Source of the DNA: Bigelowiella natans CCMP2755
Lineage: Eukaryota > Protista > Cercozoa
Assembly (NCBI GenBank): GCA_000320545.1
Contig: ADNK01002886.1
Span: 1-33,843, forward strand
Length of the DNA stretch: 33,843 nt
Direction of reading: 5' to 3'
Shown: positions 11,755 to 20,474 of the stretch, piece by piece
Position numbering within the stretch: position 1 is the first letter of the stretch
Layout of the letters: each line of letters begins with the position of its first letter
Position numbers and translations under genes: made by a program
Notes under the pieces: model-generated
The model's database searches: none
What the model was told of the DNA's origin: nothing
What the model saw: the letters and a program-made list of their open reading frames with translations, nothing else

Positions 11755-13514
11755 GTAACCGACGTTGCGGATACTGCTCACGTAAAGGGAAACACACCGC
11801 TAAAGACTGCAGAGACAGGAAAGAAGGACGACCCAGGATGACGATCAGGCAGCTCAACGAACACTACGAGAAGTTAAAGAGAAAGAAAGGCAGAGGACAA
11901 GGATATAACAACAGCAAATGGCAAGGCAGCAACAACGGGAAGAACAATAAATATAAGAACAAAAAGCAGAACAGTATCAATGCTATACAGCAGCAGATAA
12001 ACGGAATATTAGATCACCTTAAGCAGGCGCCGACGAAGACAGCAGTACCAGCAACGCAGGACCAAGACAAGCCCATGACCCTAGACGACATAAAGAACTT
12101 AGGAGTATGCAACATTAATGACGAAGACGCTAACAGGACTATCAAAGTTGCTATGACCAAGGTTAAAGTTAAAGACAGCTACGGAGACTACAAGAAACTA
12201 CCTGCCCTTTGGGATAGTGGCAGCATGCCGAAGTCCTTCATAAGCCTAAGCACAGTAAGAAGGTTAGGACTATTGGATCAAGTGACTAAGAAAGAACGTA
12301 AATATGCTCAAGCAGACGGAAGCTCTTCCATGAAGACCGTCGGTGAGCTAATGCTAAAGCTACAGATACCTGGCAGCGACGCGGAGACCCAAATCAAGAC
12401 CCGAGTAGCCATGACTTTATCCATGGAACTACTCCTCGGACAGGATGCCCTAGAAAAATTAGGGGGGATCATATCATTCTACAATCACAAGATATACTTT
12501 GCTAAGTTGCCAAAGAAGTCAGGCAGGACCATCAGCCAGAACATGATACGGCTTGACGAGTGGACCTCTGAGTCAAGCGTTAATGCGTTAGAGTTTATGG
12601 ACCTAGCGGACAACAAGCTACCTACACCTACCGAGCTACGGAAGAAGAACCCCGGCAAGACCATCCGACAGATAACGGAGCTACTGGACAAGACCCCCCC
12701 AGCTGATGATTGGGATATCGACAAAGGCAAAAAGTACATTAATAAAATATTAAACGAGAAGTACTCTGACATCACCAAGCCGACGACGAAGCCCTCCAGC
12801 AAGCTTACCCCAGTAAAGATCGAGCTAAAGAAGGGATACGAAGAGTGCATCATCAATGACCCAGAACATAGGCGACCGGAAGCGGACTGGGAAAAGATAG
12901 AGTGGCAGATCAATGAATGGGCAAAGGAAGGGAAGATAGAGCCAAGCAACTCACCATGGAACGTGAGACATGTGCTAGCTAAGAAACCTACTTACCCTTT
13001 CTTCCGCCTGGCGCACAACTTCATCCGCCACAACCGAGTAATAAAGAGGATCCAGACACCTACACCAAGGATAGATGACGTTATTGAACACGTCATAGGA
13101 TACAAATACTACTCTTCCCTAGATAAAAATGAATCATACATGCAGACACCCATCCACAAAACCTCCCGCCCCATTACCGCGTTCTCCAGCAGGCACAGGA
13201 AGTGGCACTTCGTCGTATTCCCTTACGGCCTAAGCATATCAGGGGATGCGTTCAGTAGTCAGAACTACAGGGCATACACACATGATGGGATGGCGTCTGT
13301 GTTGTGGGTGTTTGTGTTTGTGTATGTGGATGATGACATAATATGTACCAACACAGTCGTCGCTCAGATCTTCCTCCTGGAAAATATATTTATTAGGTTT
13401 GCACACTTCGGTTTTACTATTAGACTGCAGAAGTGTACATTCCTAGCTACAAGAATCAAGTGGTGTGGATATTACCTGGAGCAAGGCCGCATCACCCCAA
13501 ACCCGAGAAAGTAG
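11100..13514 (+). CDS. pol: Chimeric ORF: duplicated RT C-half + Gag C-terminus with zinc knuckle + aspartic protease + reverse transcriptase
   Basis: CGYCSRKGKHTAKDC (CX2CX5HX4C, 11766-11810), ALWDSGS (D at 12213), SNSPWN, PTPRIDDV, SSLDKNESYMQ, FPYGL, YVDD (13323, also present in the duplicate). Confidence 0.93.
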   Translation: MASVLWVFVFVYVDDDIICTNTVVAQIFLLENIFIRFAHFGFTIRLQKCTFLATRIKWCGYYLEQGRITPNPEKVAALQQAPKPKNAKELKSFLQTAAWILRRFSPTYARTAAAFTTAYRKENSVGLSFAKVWAKAGLDAHFDNLIKLCSNTLLNAKLDTTRPATLWTDWSKLGMEAAVQAISLREQEQDRKFTSPKVPGIGNINAIKPQRDWYKDREGNRRCGYCSRKGKHTAKDCRDRKEGRPRMTIRQLNEHYEKLKRKKGRGQGYNNSKWQGSNNGKNNKYKNKKQNSINAIQQQINGILDHLKQAPTKTAVPATQDQDKPMTLDDIKNLGVCNINDEDANRTIKVAMTKVKVKDSYGDYKKLPALWDSGSMPKSFISLSTVRRLGLLDQVTKKERKYAQADGSSSMKTVGELMLKLQIPGSDAETQIKTRVAMTLSMELLLGQDALEKLGGIISFYNHKIYFAKLPKKSGRTISQNMIRLDEWTSESSVNALEFMDLADNKLPTPTELRKKNPGKTIRQITELLDKTPPADDWDIDKGKKYINKILNEKYSDITKPTTKPSSKLTPVKIELKKGYEECIINDPEHRRPEADWEKIEWQINEWAKEGKIEPSNSPWNVRHVLAKKPTYPFFRLAHNFIRHNRVIKRIQTPTPRIDDVIEHVIGYKYYSSLDKNESYMQTPIHKTSRPITAFSSRHRKWHFVVFPYGLSISGDAFSSQNYRAYTHDGMASVLWVFVFVYVDDDIICTNTVVAQIFLLENIFIRFAHFGFTIRLQKCTFLATRIKWCGYYLEQGRITPNPRK

Positions 13515-13679
13515 CAGCACTACAGCAAGCCCCTAAACCTAAGAATGCAAAGGAGTTAAAGTCATTCTTGCAGACTGCAGCTTGGATACTACGTAGGTTC
13601 TCCCCTACTACGCTAGGACTGCAGCTGCTTTTACTACTGCTTACCGGAAGGAGAACTCTGTAGGCTCAGCTTCGCTAAG

Positions 13680-15629
13680 GTGTGGGCCAAGGCTGGCCTT
13701 GATGCCCACTTCGATAACCTAATAAAGTTATGCAGCAACACCCTATTGAATGCTAAGCTAGACACTACTAGACCAGCTACCCTATGGACAGACTGGTCTA
13801 AGCTAGGTATGGCTGCTGTACTTACCCAAGACCAGCAGATCATACGGGTGTGGGGCAGGGCCTGCACAGCAGCTGAGGCCAAGTACAGCCCTACAAAAGG
13901 AGAGTATAAAGCCATGACTGAGGCGCAGAGGAAACTAAGATACTACCTGCTGTCGGTGCCCAGCTTCACCTTAATGACTGACCACAAGCCCCTCCTAGGC
14001 ATCGACCGCAAGCTCGAAGCGCCTAACGATGAGTATGCAGCTATGAGGGCGGACACGGAAGAGTTTAGGGACAAGAGGACAGTGGTCTACGCACCAGGAG
14101 ACAAGCAGCTTGCTGACTATTTCAGCAGGCTGTTCGAAAAGAAAGTCCCTACCCAGGTCACCCCTATGGTTAACGCGATTACCTTCGAGGACGGCGACTT
14201 CCTGCCTGAGCCAGAGGAGCTCCAGCACCTTCAAGAACACCTGGATAAATACAAACACAAGCATGAGGTACTTAGTGATAGGATATATGTATACACTAAT
14301 AATGTTAGGCGTACCTACGTGCCACGGCGGACCAGGGGAGCCCTTCTCTTTACCGCCCATGGACCTGCACACGTAGGAGAAAACCATATCACTGCTCTAC
14401 TCTACCATTACTACTGGCCCTACAAGCTAAAAGAGATAAGGACATACCTGCGTGGCTGCAGGTGCTCCAGCTTGAAGGCGGCAGGCGTCGCCACCAAGGA
14501 GTCCAGCAAGAGCCGTGCATCTAAGAAAATCAAAGCAAGGAACTTCTTAGATATCGTGCAAATTGATGTTTATAAGTACGATGGCTATCACTACCTTACC
14601 TTCGTTGATGTGGCCACTGGAAAGTGCTGGGTTAAAAAGATTATCAAGGTCAACGTTGCTAAGAAGAACAAAGGCTTATATAAGCAGAGGCTTACTAACT
14701 GCTACCGTACCTGGGAGTCTGAGCTCCAGGCTATCCCTGATGAAGTTAGCATAAACAAGATACCAAAGAAGTTACATGTGGATAATGAGACCTCTCTTCT
14801 ACAGCTACCACACCCTAATATTGATGCCTCACCTGTATACTATGCCCAGTCCAACTCCAAGGTAGAGCGACTCCACCGCACCTTGGCCAACCTAAGCAGG
14901 ATAAATAGCACCACACCAGACAAGATACAAGGGTTAGTAAACGACACCTTCACGTCTGGGGGAGGTATCAAGGATAAGGAGAGGGAAGAAGGCGACGACA
15001 ACGACGACGATACCGAGAGCGAAGACGAGAAGGTCCCGTACGATGGCCGAGTTCTAAAGGAAGGACAGTATGTTAGGGCCAAGGTAAATCTGAGATCGAG
15101 AAATAAACAAGACCCCTTCTGGGGTGGCGTTGCAAAGGTTACCGAGAGGAAGGGGAGGAAGCAGTACTACATCTATGATGGGAACAGGGTCACCTTGCGC
15201 CACATCAGTCACCTAAAGAATTATGATATCGGTGAGAAGCTCCTAGAGGATGTTAAAGTAAACCCTACTGTGTGGGAGCGAGCAATGCCTTGTTTAGGAC
15301 CCCGACCTAAGTTCGATGTGGAATATGGAAACAATAAGGTCAGGGTGAACGACGATTGGCGCATGAAGATTGTCTATCTAGGCTACCCTGGATTACGAAA
15401 TATGGAGAGGGTAGCTATGAAAATAAAGGACGGAAAATATCAGCTACTCTACCTAGCTGTTCCCGACTTACCCTTTGAGCACTGGTATAAGGTCCTGGGG
15501 GACCTTGATGCAGAGGGCTGGTATGGACACGAACCTAAGGACGAAGGTGAGTTCTGGGTAAGCGACAAAGGAGATAAGGTTAGAGAGGAATCTATTACCT
15601 GGTGGTTGGTGAAGTTCCGAAAGCGATGA
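13680..15629 (+). CDS. pol: Pol C-terminal part: RNase H, integrase (HHCC, DDE, SH3/GPY-F-like) and an extra C-terminal methyltransferase-like domain
   Basis: TDWSKLGMAAVL, YSPTKGEYKAM, TDHKPL, ADYFSR (RNase H); HGPAH...CRC; QIDV, HVDNE, NSKVERLHRTL; GQYVRAK...DPFWGG...HISHLK. Same frame as 11100; the interruption is three 1-bp deletions relative to the duplicate copy. Confidence 0.93.
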   Translation: MWAKAGLDAHFDNLIKLCSNTLLNAKLDTTRPATLWTDWSKLGMAAVLTQDQQIIRVWGRACTAAEAKYSPTKGEYKAMTEAQRKLRYYLLSVPSFTLMTDHKPLLGIDRKLEAPNDEYAAMRADTEEFRDKRTVVYAPGDKQLADYFSRLFEKKVPTQVTPMVNAITFEDGDFLPEPEELQHLQEHLDKYKHKHEVLSDRIYVYTNNVRRTYVPRRTRGALLFTAHGPAHVGENHITALLYHYYWPYKLKEIRTYLRGCRCSSLKAAGVATKESSKSRASKKIKARNFLDIVQIDVYKYDGYHYLTFVDVATGKCWVKKIIKVNVAKKNKGLYKQRLTNCYRTWESELQAIPDEVSINKIPKKLHVDNETSLLQLPHPNIDASPVYYAQSNSKVERLHRTLANLSRINSTTPDKIQGLVNDTFTSGGGIKDKEREEGDDNDDDTESEDEKVPYDGRVLKEGQYVRAKVNLRSRNKQDPFWGGVAKVTERKGRKQYYIYDGNRVTLRHISHLKNYDIGEKLLEDVKVNPTVWERAMPCLGPRPKFDVEYGNNKVRVNDDWRMKIVYLGYPGLRNMERVAMKIKDGKYQLLYLAVPDLPFEHWYKVLGDLDAEGWYGHEPKDEGEFWVSDKGDKVREESITWWLVKFRKR

Positions 15630-15635
15630 AGGTCT

Positions 15636-15680
15636 AAGGGAATAAGGAAGGAAGGAAGGAGCAACGTGACTTGGGGGAGG
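15636..15680 (+). promoter_or_regulatory. Polypurine tract
   Basis: AAGGGAATAAGGAAGGAAGGAAGGAG...GGGGGAGG immediately before the 3' LTR. Confidence 0.85.
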
Positions 15681-16006
15681 TGTAGCGCGTACCACTACGC
15701 GGGCACAAGTCACGTGCGACAACAAAGGGGTTGTCGCGGATATAGAATATAGATAACGTAGATATTAATACAGCATAGGCACGTGGGTTCCGGCGGGACT
15801 CATGGCAGCACACCGGAAGTGTGCTGCCCCACGTGCGGCGGCATTCGCGAAAGCTTCGCGAATGATTACGCAGTGCACGATTTAATAAAAATATAATCTT
15901 TAATAAAAATAAACACAACTCTTCAAAAGGAAGCAAACGTGCCTTTCCCCCCCCCTGCCTACTTGTGCACGTAGCGCCTCGGCCTGTGAACACCTTACGC
16001 GCAACA
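15681..16006 (+). repeat. 3' LTR (326 bp)
   Basis: Direct repeat of 9552-9877, followed by the TSD GCTC. Confidence 0.97.
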
Positions 16007-16300
16007 GCTCGTGCAAATTGCGTGAACGACAGTCGCATCCTGATCGATGGTGACAAGCATCGGAGAACAAATTTCAGATTTGCGAAAAACTGAAGCATCA
16101 CGATGAAAACAGAAAAATGTTTTGCCTTCGTGCAGTCGTCTTGCTTTTGTGATGCATGTCTGGACCGGACCTGACACTTCTTCGATCACGAGATCTGGTT
16201 TGCAGTTTTCCGAGATTGGATTGCACGAATGAATCAATTCATGATCAACAAGCTGCAGCAAACATGCAACGTTCTTGTGAACTAGTGAAGTTTGCGGCAC
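16007..16300 (-). pseudogene. Relic gene, 5' portion (continues left of the LTR element)
   Basis: 98 codons with 0 Tyr, 6 His and 7 Cys. After removing the element and one TSD the frame continues ...ICTS|QLIGDGHASLAQTHEQQLPQ. Confidence 0.5.
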
Positions 16301-16364
16301 TCTGGTGCTAGCTGCAAGAGCTAGCTAGCTAGTGCATGTGTGCCTGTCTAGCGTCGTCCACAGT

Positions 16365-16706
16365 CATGAGAGCTGCAGCAAGAAAGCAACGAAGGTGGTG
16401 GTGGTGGTGGTGGTGGTGGTGGTGATGGTCTGCGATGCGGTTGCAAACGCATCATTGTCGCACTTTGTTTGTCACCTGTTTTCCAATGCGTTTCAGATCC
16501 ATGTGGCACGTGAGGTTCCATGCTAGCATGGGCAAAAGTCACGGGCAAAAGTCGTCTGCGACAACATGAAAGCTGTAGCAAGATTGAAAGAAAGCAACGA
16601 AGGTGGTGATGGTGATGGTGATGTCGTCTTGTCATGCAGTTACAAAACAAATCATTGTCGTACTTCACTCATCGCCTAATTTCCAACACGTTTTAGATCT
16701 ATGTGG
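16365..16706 (+). repeat. Diverged direct duplication (16365-16506 and 16565-16706, offset 200)
   Basis: Shared blocks CATGA.AGCTG.AGCAAG, AAAGCAACGAAGGTGGTG, ATCATTGTCG, TTCCAA, AGATC.ATGTGG. Confidence 0.9.
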
Positions 16707-17221
16707 ATTGTCATGTCGTAGGTAGCGCAACAGCACAGTGCAATTTGAACACTCTTGTTTCATGTGTGCGCTGCTATCATGCATGCCATCGGTCGCGTAT
16801 GTGCTGTGAACGCATAGCCGTGAAACATTTGCAAACACTTTTTCTTGTTCGAATGTCATTTGAACAAACCAAGCACTAGTTTCGCGACGTGTAGGCATTG
16901 TTTGTTCAAATCAAACACTTGTTCAGAAAAAACAAAAATGTTTCTAAGCAAAAAAAAAAAACATTTGTGCCCAGCTCCAGCACAAAATAGACAGAAAATT
17001 TTGAAACTCCAGTGAGATTCTTTTCAAATCTCCATTCTCTTCTGGTCCGTGGTGAAAAACAAGCTACAAAGCAGCATTTGCAAGTGAAGCATCTGAAACA
17101 GCAGGTATGGTTTGCTTTCTGTCTCCTCCGTTCTTGTGAAAGTAGAAGACACAGCCTGCCGCATTGTAATGTCATCCTCTAGTCCTGTTCTAGGGCACAA
17201 AGAGGGATGCCGGAGTTGTCC

Positions 17222-17773
17222 TCAGATTGCCTTAATATTCTTTCCAGACACAATATTCAAGGAAGCCACCGAAGCCATCGGCACCGATTCATGCTTCTCA
17301 TTTTTCTGCACGTTGAAACAATTCCTGAAATAATACCCTGCAGCAGCACCACAATGCGATGAATAATCGAATACACTCAGGAATTAGCAATGCATTCGCA
17401 AGCCATTCTATTTCCCTCTCATTCACACCAGAGATTGTGGACAGAATTGGTGAAAAATGGCGAACAAATGCATGCGCTTCATACATGATTCAGAGTGAAA
17501 GAAAGAAACCTGCAATGAAGCAGATGATGGCAAAAATCGCAACCACAATTCCAATAACCAAGCCCACGTTGATCTGTGGATTTGCACATGTGTTAGTGTG
17601 TTTCGAGCACAGATGCTGAAATAGATAGATGGACGCATGCATGGAGAGGTAGTCAAGAGAGGAGAAGCATGGAGAACAAAATTATGGGTATGACGCTGAT
17701 GACAAGTGATTCGAGAAAACTAAACTATACATGATGGGCACACAACACACACACACACACACGCACACACACA

Positions 17774-17820
<47 letters not shown>

Positions 17821-18504
17821 AAGAGAGAGATTGAGACGTGAGGGGAGATTCAGATAGGAGATTCAGATACAACCGAGTCATCACTGTCGTTGCTTCTGTC
17901 AACTACAGCGCTGTATTGGCTTGCAAGCGGGAAACTAATTTTTGTTACGCGTTTCATCACATTCATGTGTCCGGACTCATCCACACGCATACTACCGAGT
18001 GGTGTTGAATCCAAAGTTTGGAACCATTTCTTCCGTTACATTGAATCTGCGCAAAAGTCCACATTTAAAATGTTATTTTGTTTGTGTGTATGCAAATGAT
18101 GTGGGCGCACTCCCATGTGTGAGTGCAGAAGTACGTGCTAGTACGTGTTTTCTTGATTTCACAGTGCATTTACAGTGCTGTCCAAGTGTCTGCACGAGTC
18201 TCGGAACCGAACCACACGCCTACACAATTACACATGAAACCGAAACAAACACACGCAGATTCAGATGCACCTTCTCTCTCACACACAATGCACTATGCAA
18301 CCCCCTCTTGGACGCGCGCGCGCACACATAATATACACACATACACACACACACACACACACACATGGGTAGGTTAGTGCCCTTCAAGCTAATTGTGAGT
18401 ACAGACCTCCATTCACAACTATGCTTCCCGGAATGATACTTTTGATCCAAGTCTATTGATGTGAATTTTGAAACGATCAAATTTCTTAATTTAAACACAT
18501 GTTA

Positions 18505-18541
<37 letters not shown>

Positions 18542-20441
18542 CACTGTTTGTGTGTGGGAATATTTTTTTCCATTCATACGCACATTCACGTCACAAACAC
18601 ACACCTGACTGTATGCACATTTTGCAGATCTTGCGATTGCGGTGCGAAATTCAAAACGGAGGTCCTGCTCGAAAGTACCTTCAAATTGCAATGAGGAAGT
18701 TGGAGACTGCCAAAACCAAAAAATAAAGAAAAATCGCCCTTCACTGTGAAATAAAAACTGGCATACTGAATACAAAAATGTAACCACACGTGTTTCTGTG
18801 TCCATGTGTGTGTGTAGTTTTTGTTCATGCATTTTTTCCATAGAAAATTGACACGCACATGATCGAGGAAAAATACGCACATGTGCATCAGTGAAGTACG
18901 CATGGGATGTGCGCCAAAATTTCGTGCATGCCTGTAGAAAATCTGACTCAATGCACATGTGCGTGCACATTTGACCAATTCTTAGATCGGAATATGGCCT
19001 CAGTACTCTGATCCTAATCTGAAGTAATGCAAAGCGTATGATTTGTTATTTACATTCAAAGCGAAGCTGGACCCATTTGCGTGGCATCTGACTTGTTTGT
19101 GTATGGACATGAGAGAAAGAAATTTTACCGATGCTGTCCACTCTTTTTCAACGGTTGGAGAGGTCGTTGGGGCAACCTATTATACATGCATATTTGTTAG
19201 GTTACATCAAAAGAAGGATGCGTTTGTAAAACAGGCTTACACTACGGGCTTACATTATGGTTGATTCAGTACCAAAAACAGTGTGTGCGCGAGCACGTGC
19301 TCATACGTACATGTTACAACGACACAATGAGAAATGATACTGTGGCGGGGCTGTCGGTGATAGGAGATGCTGTCGTGGGCGCGTAGGTCGAGGGGCTGTA
19401 AGTTGTGGGGCTGTCGGTAATAGGAGATGCCGAGGGGCTGTCAGTTGTGGGGCTGTCGGTAATAGGAGATGCCGAGGGGCTGTCAGTTGTGGGGCTGTCG
19501 GTAATAGGAGATGCCGAGGGGCTGTAAGTTGCGGGGCTGTCGGTGATGGGAGATGCCGAGGGGCTGTAAGTTGCGGGGCTGTCGGTGATAGGTGATGCCG
19601 AGGGGCTGTCAGTTGTGGGGCTGTCAGTGATGGGAGATACTGTCGGAGCGGAAGTGCCCTGAAAACCTTCAATCACAAGAATGTAATCTGCATCATACGG
19701 AGCACAGTATGCCTTTTTGCCGTCGACACTTATGCAAGTAAAATACTGGTCTGCACTATCGTACTTTGTTGGTCCATTCACGGCGGCGGTAGCGTTCATC
19801 TTGAGAATATAATTCAGCATCGTATGGAGCGCAAAAACCTGGGTCATCTAAGACAACACAAGAAATTTTCTTTCATACCCAATTACTGGGACTACTTCCG
19901 GCAACATGGTATTCCGTGTACGAACGGGTCAGAGTATCAAAGATGATGCTTTTGGCATTTGAATTGTAACGCGCACACATAATGTTAGTGCCAATAGTCC
20001 TGCAGCATCTAGTAAATTTTGTACTACTACTAGGGCTGAGTAAGGTAATATTTGCGTTTATAGTGTTTATTTGGAGAATCGCCGATGCCCAATAATTAAA
20101 ACAATATACGTCGGTTCCCACTGCGGAGCAAGCTACCCATCTCTGGGCACTCATTGCATCGTAATCGTGGTTGTAGAACACTGTGATATTCTCAGTCTGT
20201 GTATCCACCTTCATCGGAAAGACTGTCGAGTAGGGAGCGCACCAAATGCTGGTGCCTACGACGCAACATCCTACATACTTACTCATTATGTCATTATGTA
20301 ACTCCCTCCCAGAAACATATCTTTCAGTGAGGTTTGTGGGCTTTAGCTGGGTGTTGGTGACGTTCATGCTATCGATCTTCAACACGTACGGGGCTGATTA
20401 GATGCACACATTTGAACATGTAAACACTTGTGAGCACATTA

Positions 20442-20474
<33 letters not shown>

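Larger units (their letters stand above)
9552..16006 (+). mobile_element. Ty3/Gypsy-type LTR retrotransposon, recent insertion, internally rearranged
   Basis: Direct repeats 9552-9877 and 15681-16006 (TG...CA ends); 4-bp TSD GCTC at 9548-9551 and 16007-16010; PBS and PPT present; domain order gag-PR-RT-RNaseH-IN. Confidence 0.97.
16007..16900. other. TpA-depleted island 1, right part
   Basis: Hand count for 16007-16560: 7 TA, all in CTAG; none at all in 16007-16282. Confidence 0.9.

Noticed and set aside
11013-13812. Duplicated RT plus tandem YVDD considered as a diversity-generating retroelement (template/variable repeat pair)
   Set aside because: The two copies differ only by three C deletions as far as I could see, with no adenine-specific substitutions, and the RT is Gypsy-type.
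19345-19650. Regular repeat array considered as CRISPR-like
   Set aside because: There are no unique spacers; it is an in-frame 42-bp coding minisatellite in a eukaryotic gene.
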